A stretch of DNA of 64,000 nucleotides from Candidatus Methanoperedens sp. (GCA_027460465.1 JAPZAV010000153.1:5741-69740), one strand, 5' to 3'. Positions 1-9,938 are shown, counted from the first letter of the stretch. Notes: a model not told the origin generated them from the sequence alone. Numbers and translations are program-made.

Positions 1-17
1 TTATTAATTAAGATGGC

Positions 18-833
18 ATGAAGTTGTTCGGCGTACTTGGCGACCCTGTATCTCACAGCCTCTCGCCGGTCATGCACAACGCTGCGTTCAAAGCGCTTGG
101 CATGGACTGCGCATACCATGCATTCAGGGTGAGGCCTGAGAATCTCAAAGATGCGATACATGGAGCGTACGCGCTGGGTTTTGGAGGACTGAACCTTACG
201 ATACCTCTGAAAGAGAAAGCACTTGAGATCGTAAAGCCTTCAGTAGCTGCGAAAGAGATAGGGGCTGTGAACACGGTTGATTTCAAAGACGGGATCGTTG
301 GATATAACACGGATGGCATCGGGGCTAAAAAGGCACTTGCTGAGAGCGGGATCGAGATAGATGGGAAGAACGTGCTGCTTCTGGGGGCAGGCGGGGCAGC
401 GCGAGCGCTTGCTTTCCAGCTTGCAAGGGACGGTGCGAGCGTGAATATAGCGAACAGGACAGTTGAGCGTGCGCAGGCTCTGGCCTCAGAGGTGAATAAA
501 GTGGGAAGAGCAAAGGCTTTGGGTCTTGAGAATCTGAGATCCCTGATCAAGGAATGCGATATTCTTATTAATTCCACTGCTGTAGGGATGTTTCCTGAAG
601 TTTCAGGTACGATCGTCAGCTCAGATATGATGCACAGCGACCTTGTGGTATTCGATATTGTATACAATCCTGTGGAGACAGGGCTTCTCAGGGAAGCCAG
701 GAAAGCGGGTGCAAGAACAATAGATGGAGTCAAAATGCTCGTCCACCAGGGTGCAGAGGCATTCAGGATCTGGACAGGGAAGATCCCTCCTGTTGATGTG
801 ATGGAAAAGGCTGTCAGGGAGAAGCTGAAATGA
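18..833 (+). CDS. aroE: Shikimate dehydrogenase
   Basis: GDPVSHSLSP, NLTIPLKE, GAVNT, GYNTDG, GAGGAARA and MLVHQG motifs. Confidence 0.95.
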   Translation: MKLFGVLGDPVSHSLSPVMHNAAFKALGMDCAYHAFRVRPENLKDAIHGAYALGFGGLNLTIPLKEKALEIVKPSVAAKEIGAVNTVDFKDGIVGYNTDGIGAKKALAESGIEIDGKNVLLLGAGGAARALAFQLARDGASVNIANRTVERAQALASEVNKVGRAKALGLENLRSLIKECDILINSTAVGMFPEVSGTIVSSDMMHSDLVVFDIVYNPVETGLLREARKAGARTIDGVKMLVHQGAEAFRIWTGKIPPVDVMEKAVREKLK

Positions 834-2131
834 AAATACTCATAATAGGAGGGACAGGAGAGACAGGGAGGTGGTTTACTAAATTCTACAAGAAGCACGG
901 ATTCAATGTTGTAATCTGGGGATTCAATCAAAGGAAGGACATTGCGCAGGAACTTGATGTGAGTTTTGCAGACGATCTTGATCGCGAGATAAAAACAAGC
1001 GACATAGTAATGATCTCTGTCCCTATCAATATCACTGAAAAAACAATAAAGGAGATTGCCCCGAAAATGCCAACCGGGAGTTTGCTCATGGACATCACGT
1101 CCGTAAAAACAGTTCCACTGGAAGCGATGGTAGGATATGCGCCGGAGGATGTCGAGATCCTGGGATCGCATCCAATGTTCGGGCCTGCAATACCTGATAT
1201 AAGGGGTCAGACCGTGATATTCACCCCTGCTAAAGGAAGGTGCTCAAGATGGTTCCCGATCATTAGAAAACTGTATGAGGATAACGGTGCGCACATCGAG
1301 ATAATGGATGCAGCACAGCACGACAGGATGATGGCGGTGGTGCAGGGGCTGACGCATTTTGCCTGCATTTCTATCGGCTCTGCTTTCAGAGAACTTGAGT
1401 TCGATGTCGCAAGTTCGCGCAGGTTCATGAGCCCGATGTACGAAATCATGCTTGATCTGGTTGGAAGGATTCTTGCCCAGAACCCGTATCTGTATGCCAT
1501 GATCCAGATGAACCCTGAAGTATCGAACGTGCACAGGGCTTACATAGATCAGTGCAACCTCATGGCAGAGATCGTCAGGAACGGGGATATCGAGAGCTTC
1601 GTGACACTTATGAAAAAGGCTTCAGCCCATTTCGGGGATACAGAATCTGCGCTCAGGAGGTCTGAGAAGCTCATCAACTCAAAGATAGCCGAACATGAGG
1701 AACTCGTACGCTCTACAGGTCATGAGCGCGCGCTAAAGCATATCTACTCAGGAGTGATACATCTGGGGATAATAAAAAAAGTGACACCGAGGACCGTTAT
1801 TCTGGAGCGGAACGGAAAAACGACAGAGCTTTTGATAGAGAACGTGAGGCTTCTGGATGGAAAAGAACTGAGATCATGGAAAGCTGCAAACCTGAAAAAT
1901 ATGATGCGAGATATTTCAGTTTTTGTCCCGCATGGCTCTGATCCTGAAGTAATAAAGAATGTGATAAACAGGTCAGATGGAATCATTTCAGCCGAGATCA
2001 TTGATGTTTATAATAAGCAGGATAGAGTTAGCGTCACGTACAGGCTCATGATATTTGGAGACCATGATGCAGTGTCTGTCCAGAAAAAAACAGAAACTCT
2101 TTTTAAAGGAATTGGATGTACTATACGGTGA
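830..2131 (+). CDS. tyrA: Prephenate dehydrogenase with C-terminal extension
   Basis: IIGGTGETG Rossmann motif, DITSVK, HPMFGP, HDRMMAVVQGLTH; ATGA overlap with aroE. Confidence 0.9.
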   Translation: MKILIIGGTGETGRWFTKFYKKHGFNVVIWGFNQRKDIAQELDVSFADDLDREIKTSDIVMISVPINITEKTIKEIAPKMPTGSLLMDITSVKTVPLEAMVGYAPEDVEILGSHPMFGPAIPDIRGQTVIFTPAKGRCSRWFPIIRKLYEDNGAHIEIMDAAQHDRMMAVVQGLTHFACISIGSAFRELEFDVASSRRFMSPMYEIMLDLVGRILAQNPYLYAMIQMNPEVSNVHRAYIDQCNLMAEIVRNGDIESFVTLMKKASAHFGDTESALRRSEKLINSKIAEHEELVRSTGHERALKHIYSGVIHLGIIKKVTPRTVILERNGKTTELLIENVRLLDGKELRSWKAANLKNMMRDISVFVPHGSDPEVIKNVINRSDGIISAEIIDVYNKQDRVSVTYRLMIFGDHDAVSVQKKTETLFKGIGCTIR

Positions 2132-2154
2132 TTCAAGGACGGAAAAGTGATAAT

Positions 2155-2391
2155 ATGATAGAGAAAACTGCAAAAAGACCGAACCTCAAAGACCTGAAGA
2201 TCGGAGATGTGCTGCATGTTGGAACAGAGGATAAGGGTGAAATTTTCAATGTAACAAAACTTGGGGAGAACACTTTTATCCTTGACCAGGGAGGAGAGCT
2301 CAGAGAATACGGCAGGGCTGTGATGGCAAAGAACATCTATGGCTTTGCTGAGAAATATACGGCTGTCTACTGGGTAACGCATGAAGAATGA
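2155..2391 (+). CDS. Hypothetical protein (78 aa)
   Basis: ORF with protein-like composition; start moved to ATG 2155 after AAGTGA to avoid overlap with tyrA. Confidence 0.6.
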   Translation: MIEKTAKRPNLKDLKIGDVLHVGTEDKGEIFNVTKLGENTFILDQGGELREYGRAVMAKNIYGFAEKYTAVYWVTHEE

Positions 2392-2476
2392 CATGATGAA
2401 TGCTCGTATTTGATTCAGTTAACCCTTTCTGGAAAAAGTAGAAATACCACGAAAGATAATTATAAATTGTGGGAGC

Positions 2477-2905
2477 ATGTCAAAGCTCATTATCATCTAC
2501 GGCACTGGTTCGCATAATACAGAGCGGATGGCAGTGGCGATCGAGGAAGGTGCGAGAGCCGAGGGCGTGGAGACCGTAATGAAAAACGTGAACGATGCAA
2601 ATAAAGATGAACTTGCGCATGCTGACGCCATAGCGATCGGTTCGCCAAATTATAACAATGCAATGATGCCCACGGTCAGGAAGTTCCTGGACGACCTCAG
2701 GGATATTGATCTGTCTGGAAAAGTGGGTCTGGCATTTGGTTCCTATGGATGGGGCTTTGAAGCCACCCAGGGTATTAACAATATATTGAAATCATATGGT
2801 ATAGAGATGATCCAGGATCTATGCATCAAAAGGATGCCTGGAGAAGAAGAGCTTGAGCTAAGCAGGAGGGTTGGCTCACTATTAGCATGTAAGATAAAAA
2901 ATTGA
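2477..2905 (+). CDS. Flavodoxin
   Basis: YGTGSHNTERMA FMN-binding loop, IGSPNY, AFGSYGW. Confidence 0.9.
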   Translation: MSKLIIIYGTGSHNTERMAVAIEEGARAEGVETVMKNVNDANKDELAHADAIAIGSPNYNNAMMPTVRKFLDDLRDIDLSGKVGLAFGSYGWGFEATQGINNILKSYGIEMIQDLCIKRMPGEEELELSRRVGSLLACKIKN

Positions 2906-2914
2906 GGAGGTGTT

Positions 2915-3070
2915 ATGTGCAGCGTAGGAGATTCTTTCGGAGTAGAGCTTGAAGGCGGCATGGAAGTGCATAAATATGTATGCAATAACTGCGGCAAGGA
3001 TTTCAAAGGCATTGGCAGCAATGTTGACTGTCCGAAATGCCGCTCTAAAGATGTGAAATGTATAGAATAA
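2915..3070 (+). CDS. Small zinc-ribbon/rubredoxin-like protein (51 aa), not in ORF track
   Basis: Hand translation MCSVGDSFGVELEGGMEVHKYVCNNCGKDFKGIGSNVDCPKCRSKDVKCIE; two CxxC pairs; GAGGAGGTG RBS. Confidence 0.85.
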   Translation: MCSVGDSFGVELEGGMEVHKYVCNNCGKDFKGIGSNVDCPKCRSKDVKCIE

Positions 3071-3142
3071 AAGACTGAAAAAGTCTGGATAGAATTTAAT
3101 AGGATCAAGGATAAGTATAGTGCTGGAATCGGAAGTGATAGA

Positions 3143-4336
3143 ATGGTTGTTAAACTAAAAGACGGTGTTTACTGGGTAGGAGCTATTGACTGGAACATAA
3201 AGAAATTTCACGGACATGAATATTCAACTCACAGGGGTACTACATATAATGCTTATCTGATCATTGATGAGAAAGTAGCACTTGTTGATACTGTATGGGG
3301 CCCTTTTTCCCATCAAATGATAGAGAACATTGAAGAGATAATAGATGTCAAGAAAATAGATTACATGATAGCGAACCATGCCGAGGTAGACCATTCAGGC
3401 GGGCTTCCTGAATTGATGAGATATATACCGAATGCAGAGGTCATTGTCTCTGAAAAAGGAAAGGAGAGCATCTTCAAACACTATCACAGGCAATGGAATT
3501 TCAGGACAGTGAAAACCGGAGATTCCATAAGCCTTGGTGAGAACAAACTTGTTTTTGTGACAGCGCCGATGCTTCACTGGCCTGACAGCATGTTCACATA
3601 TCTCACAGGCAAGAACATACTTTTGCCAAATGACGCTTTTGGCATGCATTATGCTTCCTCAGGAAGGTTCAATGATGAAGTAGATGAGATAGAGGTGTAT
3701 CAGGAAGCAATAAAATTCTATGCCAACATCCTCACTCCTTTCAGCGACCTTGTCATAAAAAAGATAGATGAGTTCAAGAAATTGAACATACCTGTGGACA
3801 TCATAGCCCCGAGCCACGGGATCATCTGGAGAAAAGATCCAATGCAGATAGTTGAGAAATACTATGAGTGGGCACAGCAAAAGAACGACGGTTCCGTTGT
3901 GATAATCTATGATACGATGTGGAATGCCACAGAAAAAATGGCACAGGCGATAGCGCATGGACTGGAGAAGGAAGGTATGAGGCACAAACTCTTCAATATG
4001 GCTGTATGCGACAGGAACGATGTGCTGACAGAGATCTTCAAGGCAAAAGGAATACTCATTGGTTCACCCACCCTGAATAACGGTCTTCTTCCGACCATTA
4101 AACCCATACTTGAGGATCTGAAAGGTTTGAAGTTCAGGAACAAAGCAGGCGCTGCCTTCGGCTCCTACGGATGGAGCGGAGAGAACGTGAAGCTCATCGA
4201 GGAGAACTTCGAGAAAGCAAAGATCAAAAAACTGCAGGAAGGAATCAAGGTCAAATGGCAGCCCACAAAAGAAGAACTTGAGAAATGTGTGGAGTTCGGC
4301 AGGAATTTTGCAAAAGGTTTAAGAAGCTGTGAGTGA
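3143..4336 (+). CDS. fprA: Flavodiiron protein (FprA / F420H2 oxidase type)
   Basis: GTTYNAYLI, NHAEVDHSG, HWPD, NDAFG and C-terminal flavodoxin domain. Confidence 0.93.
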   Translation: MVVKLKDGVYWVGAIDWNIKKFHGHEYSTHRGTTYNAYLIIDEKVALVDTVWGPFSHQMIENIEEIIDVKKIDYMIANHAEVDHSGGLPELMRYIPNAEVIVSEKGKESIFKHYHRQWNFRTVKTGDSISLGENKLVFVTAPMLHWPDSMFTYLTGKNILLPNDAFGMHYASSGRFNDEVDEIEVYQEAIKFYANILTPFSDLVIKKIDEFKKLNIPVDIIAPSHGIIWRKDPMQIVEKYYEWAQQKNDGSVVIIYDTMWNATEKMAQAIAHGLEKEGMRHKLFNMAVCDRNDVLTEIFKAKGILIGSPTLNNGLLPTIKPILEDLKGLKFRNKAGAAFGSYGWSGENVKLIEENFEKAKIKKLQEGIKVKWQPTKEELEKCVEFGRNFAKGLRSCE

Positions 4337-4358
4337 AAGCATAAGCCGGAGGAATTAA

Positions 4359-4550
4359 ATGGCTATTGACCCGGTCTGCGGGATGACGGTTGATGAGAAG
4401 ACTTCGCAGCTTAAGATGGAGTATAAAGGAACCACATATTATTTCTGCGCTCCAGGATGCAGGCAGGCATTTGAGAAGGAACCAGAGAAATACCTGAAAG
4501 GTGGCCCGAAAGGAATGCCTTCAAAGCCGCCCTGGTGGAAGTTCTGGTAG
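4359..4550 (+). CDS. YHS-domain protein
   Basis: DPVCGMTV...YYFCAPGCRQAFEKEPEKY; GGAGG RBS. Confidence 0.9.
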   Translation: MAIDPVCGMTVDEKTSQLKMEYKGTTYYFCAPGCRQAFEKEPEKYLKGGPKGMPSKPPWWKFW

Positions 4551-4594
4551 GTTTTCCCAACCTTAATTACTCTGCATGCCAATAAAATGACATA

Positions 4595-6190
4595 ATGGAC
4601 ATCGAATCTGCATGCAGAGAACTGATAGAACAGCTCCTGCGAAAGGAGATAAAGACCGAGCAGGAGCTAAGCGCTGCAAAAAAGGCGGTCAGCATACGCT
4701 TCAGGCTTCCGTATCTGCTCAGCAACTCCCAGATACTTGCCGGTGCAAAGGAGGATGAAAGACAGGAATTAATCCAACTTCTTCAGCTTAAACCTGTAAG
4801 GACATTATCTGGCGTGGCAGTGATATCAGCGATGACATCACCTGCCCCATGCCCACACGGGCTGTGTGTGCCCTGTCCTGGAGGTCCAGGCTCTAAATTC
4901 CAGTCTCCGCAGAGCTATATGGGGGCTGAACCGGCAGCAAAGCGGGCTTTTGAGAATAATTTTGACCCTTATGATCAGGTCTTTTCACGCCTGAAGCAGC
5001 TTTCACAGATAGGGCATCCTGTTGAGAAAGCTGAACTCATTATAATGGGCGGGACTTATACATCGCGCACACTGTGCTACCAGGAGTGGTTTGTGAAGCG
5101 CTGTATCGAGGCGATGAACGATTTTCATGGCACGGAATGGAGGAAAGGGAGAACATGCTGCACAGTTGAAGAAGTTCAGTCTGCGAATGAACGTGCAGGG
5201 ATCAGGAACGTGGGGATCACGATCGAGACAAGACCTGACTGGACGCAAAAGGAACATATCGATACCATTCTGGATCTTGGAGCTACGAAGGTCGAGATAG
5301 GGGTGCAGAGCATCTATGATTTCATTCTTGCAGGAATAGAGCGCGGACATACGGTGAAAGAAAGTGTGGATGCAAACTCCAGGCTCCGCGACAGCGGTCT
5401 CAAGGTTGGATTCCATATGATGCCCGGGCTTCCAGGCTCGAATCCTGATTCAGATTTTCGCATGTTCAGGACGTTATTTGAGGATGAGCGTTTTAAGCCC
5501 GATTATCTCAAGATATATCCCACGCTTGTGACTGAAGGCACAAGGCTGCACGGGATGTGGGAGCTGGGGAATTACGCGCCTCTTGAATTGGAGGAAGCGG
5601 TGGACCTGCTCGCAAATATCAAATCCATCCTGCCTAAATGGGTGCGCCTGCAGAGGATACAGCGCGACATACCTGCGTATCAGGTGCTTGCTGGAATAAA
5701 GAAAAGCAATATAAGGCAGCTTGCAAAGGAAAGGCTTGAGAAGATGGGAGGAAAATGCCGATGCATCAGGTGCCGCGAGGTGGGACATGCGGGGATCGAG
5801 CCTGAAAACATCGAGCTTTGCATGGAAAGATACAGGGCATGCGGAGGTCTTGAGCATTTCATTTCATTTGAGGATACCGGAAAGGATATCCTGATAGGAT
5901 TCATAAGGCTGCGCTTCCCGGATTCTCCTCATCGGCAGGAGCTCGGGGATGCTGCGCTGGTGCGCGAACTGCATGTCTACGGCTCAATGGTGCCCCCGGG
6001 CAGGAGCGCAGGTAAGATGCAGTGGCAGCACAGAGGATACGGGGAAGAGCTTCTGTCCAGAGCAGAAGAAGCTGCAGCCAGCGCAGGATATGAGAAGATT
6101 GCGGTGATCAGCGGAACAGGGGTGAGGGATTATTACAGGAAGTTCGGGTACGAGCGCGATGGACCGTACATGATCAAAAACCTGGTGTGA
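4595..6190 (+). CDS. elp3: Elp3 tRNA uridine(34) acetyltransferase (radical SAM + GNAT)
   Basis: CPHGLCVPCPGG, ETRPD, LKIYPTLV, RELHVYG, QHRGYG motifs. Confidence 0.95.
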   Translation: MDIESACRELIEQLLRKEIKTEQELSAAKKAVSIRFRLPYLLSNSQILAGAKEDERQELIQLLQLKPVRTLSGVAVISAMTSPAPCPHGLCVPCPGGPGSKFQSPQSYMGAEPAAKRAFENNFDPYDQVFSRLKQLSQIGHPVEKAELIIMGGTYTSRTLCYQEWFVKRCIEAMNDFHGTEWRKGRTCCTVEEVQSANERAGIRNVGITIETRPDWTQKEHIDTILDLGATKVEIGVQSIYDFILAGIERGHTVKESVDANSRLRDSGLKVGFHMMPGLPGSNPDSDFRMFRTLFEDERFKPDYLKIYPTLVTEGTRLHGMWELGNYAPLELEEAVDLLANIKSILPKWVRLQRIQRDIPAYQVLAGIKKSNIRQLAKERLEKMGGKCRCIRCREVGHAGIEPENIELCMERYRACGGLEHFISFEDTGKDILIGFIRLRFPDSPHRQELGDAALVRELHVYGSMVPPGRSAGKMQWQHRGYGEELLSRAEEAAASAGYEKIAVISGTGVRDYYRKFGYERDGPYMIKNLV

Positions 6191-6334
6191 ATAAAGCTGA
6201 TAGCAGGCATCGACACTCGGGATTTTGAATCGTTTATGATATAGGATCGACCACAAAAACATTTGCAGGACAGCGTCCAGAATTATCGAAAACTTTATGC
6301 TCAGATAAACCTATGATCAATAGGAGTGAAAGTT

Positions 6335-6565
6335 ATGGGAGCATATGAAGATACGCTTGAAGAAATTATGAGAACATTTGGAGTGCTCCCAAGTTTCATG
6401 AAGGTTTTTACCACAGAAAAACTTGTTCGCGAATGGCCTTCATGGAAGAAAGATAACCTCGGTGAGATAGACTTGGAGAGGGCAGGATATTTTCTAAGTA
6501 CTGATGAGATTCTGGAGGAAATTCTGAGCGAAACTAAAGATAGTGCTGTACAACGAATCATTTGA
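6335..6565 (+). CDS. Hypothetical protein resembling the N-terminal half of archaeal carboxymuconolactone-decarboxylase-like proteins
   Basis: YEDTLEEIMRTFGVLPSFMK...EWP pattern; no CxxC half; GGAGTG RBS. Confidence 0.45.
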   Translation: MGAYEDTLEEIMRTFGVLPSFMKVFTTEKLVREWPSWKKDNLGEIDLERAGYFLSTDEILEEILSETKDSAVQRII

Positions 6566-6824
6566 CGAAAAGCCCGCACTTGCATGAACCTTTTTTTCGT
6601 ATGTCAAGGGTTCTATGTATACAGGGGCATATCAAATCCTTATCTTTTTCAATGTCACCCGTTACCTGGCGGCAGCCACAGTACTGTGTTCCATACTCTC
6701 TTTTATTCTGGGCAAGACCCTTTATTGCAGAAACAACTATGTCGTAATCTGAATTTAATCTCAAACTGTTCTTTTCTGCATAATCTTTCGCCCATTCATA
6801 TATCTGGCTCTCAATATCATCCAT
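6558..6824 (-). CDS. Ferredoxin:thioredoxin reductase catalytic-subunit family protein
   Basis: YCGCR (cf. CPCR), CPC and CKCGLFV (cf. CHCxLF) motifs. Confidence 0.85.
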   Translation of the reverse strand: MDDIESQIYEWAKDYAEKNSLRLNSDYDIVVSAIKGLAQNKREYGTQYCGCRQVTGDIEKDKDLICPCIHRTLDIRKKGSCKCGLFVK

Positions 6825-7023
6825 AACTACCAACCTTTATTTTCTATGTTTCTCCCGTTTACCTTCAACTATACACATACCATATATATGTGGATTTTGA
6901 TTAACTCGTTATGAAGTATGGTAGATTCCAGAGTCCACATTCAGCAAGCGGTAGATATGCTGAAGAAGAAGCTTTCTGGGACTCTTAAGATGAAGAAAGG
7001 CAGACATCCGAAGATGGATTATT

Positions 7024-7188
7024 TTAAGTAATATGTGGACTTATTCTATCCGAAGTCCCGCAATTTAAATAATGGTAAATTGCTTTTGAAACAGCTTCTT
7101 TAATGGAGGATTCTCCTGATTTTGCCTTTAGTGCAATTATATCTTCATACGGTAATACTGATTGGACATGAACTATCTTTGTCATCAT
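7024..7188 (-). CDS. Small DUF5371-like protein (54 aa), not in ORF track
   Basis: Hand translation MMTKIVHVQSVLPYEDIIALKAKSGESSIKEAVSKAIYHYLNCGTSDRISPHIT; GAAGGAG RBS; matches remembered KIVH..VL..KxGES..KxA..KA..HYL family pattern. Confidence 0.75.
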   Translation of the reverse strand: MMTKIVHVQSVLPYEDIIALKAKSGESSIKEAVSKAIYHYLNCGTSDRISPHIT

Positions 7189-8042
7189 ATAGTTTTTTCT
7201 CCTTCGCTTGTTTCTTGAAAGTATTAATTATATGATTCATTATAAAATAAATCTTTACATATATATGATGTTAATCATCTAAATGTATATTATTAATGTT
7301 TATAAATTGCAGTAGAAATAAAGGGGTTATTATTTCCCCAATTCCTTCAGCCGCTTTATCCTTTCATGCAATTCATCAACTGCTTTTTCATGCTGTTCCT
7401 CAAGCTGATTGATAATATCATTAAGGCTTATTTTGAGCGAGTATATCTGCGCAATCTTATTATTGCCAAAAAAAGTTTATATCATTGACATTACAAAAAC
7501 TAAATTAAGAGATAGAGGAATATGGGCAGGTTGGGTTGGGGTGGTATTGGAAAAAAGAGATTTCCTGCCCATTACTTTTCATTCAACCATTCAAGCTATT
7601 TAAGAATTACGATTGCTGTGAACTTTTTCATTATTTATTATAATTTTTTTATGTTTTTACTATTCCATATTGAAATGTCGAACCACCCCGCCCCAACCCG
7701 CTTATTCCAAAACCACCAAATATTGTTCATGGTTATTAGGCTTAAATGATTTTTCCCAAACATTACCCTAAGACCAGAAATTAGAATTTGGGCATAATCT
7801 TGGAAAATTACTTTATACGCTCGATGACATTTTATTGTTTGAGGAATCGCATCAAACCTATCCTATCCAAGATCATTACCTCATTTTTGATTCCTCAATA
7901 TCTGTTTCGAGGCATACCCCATGGATAATTCTTAGAGATATAAATTCTTTCCACTTCTGCATCTCGAATGAAATATATAGTGAAAAAAGAGTTATTTATC
8001 TGATAGTTGCTATCACTACATTGAGACCATGGAGGATTAAGT

Positions 8043-8207
8043 ATGGAAGATAAAAAGATAAAATGCATTGATTGTCACAAAGATTTCATTTTCACAGCAA
8101 TGGAGCAACAATTCTATGAAGAGAAGGGATACGAATTACCTAAAAGATGCAAGGACTGTAGGAGTAAAAGAAAAGCTGAAAAAAGAAGTGGTGGCTTTCG
8201 ACGATAA
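8043..8207 (+). CDS. Zinc-ribbon protein (CxxC...FT..EQ.FY.EKG..PKRCxxCR type, 54 aa), not in ORF track
   Basis: Hand translation MEDKKIKCIDCHKDFIFTAMEQQFYEEKGYELPKRCKDCRSKRKAEKRSGGFRR; GGAGG RBS; TAATG overlap with next gene. Confidence 0.88.
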   Translation: MEDKKIKCIDCHKDFIFTAMEQQFYEEKGYELPKRCKDCRSKRKAEKRSGGFRR

Positions 8208-8596
8208 TGCCCTCCTTCGACATAACAAAAAAGCGTCCCATCATAAACATCTTCAAGCTCAGGGATGGCTATTATTTCAAGCACTTTTTCGACGACCCTG
8301 ACCTCTTCAGACAGCTTGAGCCGTTCTACGAGAAACAACGATACAGATTCAAGATGGCAACTGTAGGCGAGCGCAATAAAGTCATGAAGCTCCTTGATAA
8401 GAAGGGCTACGACCCCACGATAATAGAAGATCCTGGTTCTTATACAGTCGAGATAAGCAAGTACACGAAGTACGGCGAGCTTCTGAAGAACTCTGTGGAA
8501 AGCTATCCACTGAGGGATAAGATGGTGCTGATTATGAAAGATTTAGCATGGGTTGAGCAGGCTGTGGAGCTGGGGGCTGTTAGACGATCTGTCTAA
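8207..8596 (+). CDS. Conserved hypothetical protein (129 aa)
   Basis: Translationally coupled ORF with host-like codon usage. Confidence 0.7.
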   Translation: MPSFDITKKRPIINIFKLRDGYYFKHFFDDPDLFRQLEPFYEKQRYRFKMATVGERNKVMKLLDKKGYDPTIIEDPGSYTVEISKYTKYGELLKNSVESYPLRDKMVLIMKDLAWVEQAVELGAVRRSV

Positions 8597-8808
8597 TTCT
8601 TTCAGCTATCTTGATTCTGATATTATCATCTTATCAGATTCTAATAGCGCTGTCGTATTCATTTCGGATGGAATCAAACAATAACCTGACATATCAACCA
8701 CAGACAGCATCAACATCTCACGCTGCAGTTCCTCCTGAGGACTGCATATAAAGGCATATACATCTAAAAACTAATGCTACTATCAGGAAGCGACAGAATG
8801 GAGAATAA

Positions 8809-9030
8809 ATGATATCAATAGAAGAACTTGAAGAGGAAATCATAGAAATTGAAAAAGTTAAGGAACGCTGCGAACCAGGAAGTTTAGAATGGAACAACAT
8901 CGACAGCATAATCACTGATAAGAAAAGAGAACTCATCAGGCTGAAAACGCAGGAAGATAGTGAAGAAGAAGAAATAATTATGCCTGGTAGCTGCGGAGGA
9001 GATTGTGGAGGTTGTGGTGGGGTAAGGTGA
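8809..9030 (+). CDS. Small acidic protein with C-terminal Cys/Gly motif
   Basis: Glu-rich body ending in SCGGDCGGCGGVR; GGAG RBS. Confidence 0.55.
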   Translation: MISIEELEEEIIEIEKVKERCEPGSLEWNNIDSIITDKKRELIRLKTQEDSEEEEIIMPGSCGGDCGGCGGVR

Positions 9031-9287
9031 CATCCATATCCATATGCAGGATGTGGGGAGTGAATATCACAAAAGCTGTTTCCACAGACAACAAAGACTA
9101 AGCGTTGACCACTGATGTACTGCTGAACAGGGGGATGAATCTTGATGAATTTAGAGCAATCTGTACATCCCCGAAATACCTCCCGAAAAACAAAAATCAA
9201 GCGCACATAGTTACGAATGTGAGATAATCACAAAAAATATAAGATATATAAGTGAGATGATTAAAGATAGAGTTTGGGAGGGATCAA

Positions 9288-9938
9288 ATGAGTAATAATG
9301 ATGAGGAAAAATCTTTCTGGAGTACATTACCCGGTATTCTTACAGGAATCGCTGCTATAATAACGGCAATCACCGGACTTATTATAGCATTTAATTCGGC
9401 TGGCATAATTACAATTCCACCTGTAAATCCAGCACCAACCCCTACTCCGGAATTGCCCAAACCTATTTCAGTGGGAATTCCTCTCTCCGCCGGATGGGAA
9501 GCATATGGACCGGGGGCTGTTGGAAAAGAATATAAAGATGGAATTTTGGCACTTAATATAGGTGGAGAATATGATTGGGCCCAGTTATGCTTAGATTTGA
9601 CAAGAGCACGCCGCCTTCCCGAATTAGAACGAAATCCAGATGGGACTTATAATTTAGCGAAAACATCCGTTATTGGAAAGGTTAGAACTGATCAAGATTT
9701 TAAAGGGTATGCATATATAACATTGAAAGACAAGACGGGAGACGACATCCCCTTTAAGTTTGAGTCTGTGGCGATAGAAATAACCGATGTGATAAGGTCA
9801 TCGGATGGAATGGATATATTCTTTGAGGTTCCTGACCAGAGTATCTATAAGGATATCGGAGATATATGCTTAACATTTTCATTTGTTTCTAACGAAACTG
9901 GAAGTATCAATGTCCTGAATGTAACAATAGGAAAGTGA
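9288..9938 (+). CDS. Hypothetical membrane-anchored extracellular protein
   Basis: N-terminal hydrophobic helix, PT/PE-rich linker, beta-rich domain; GGGAGG RBS. Confidence 0.7.
   Translation: MSNNDEEKSFWSTLPGILTGIAAIITAITGLIIAFNSAGIITIPPVNPAPTPTPELPKPISVGIPLSAGWEAYGPGAVGKEYKDGILALNIGGEYDWAQLCLDLTRARRLPELERNPDGTYNLAKTSVIGKVRTDQDFKGYAYITLKDKTGDDIPFKFESVAIEITDVIRSSDGMDIFFEVPDQSIYKDIGDICLTFSFVSNETGSINVLNVTIGK

Noticed and set aside
53-1171. 372-aa minus-strand ORF and many similar long antisense or alternate-frame ORFs (e.g. 13564-14226, 18542-19327, 37160-38032, 42064-42771)
   Set aside because: They lie opposite well-supported genes, have no recognisable motifs and are expected shadows of codon bias.
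6918-7031. 37-aa ORF MVDSRVHIQQAVDMLKKKLSGTLKMKKGRHPKMDYFK
   Set aside because: No RBS and no recognisable motif; cannot be supported.
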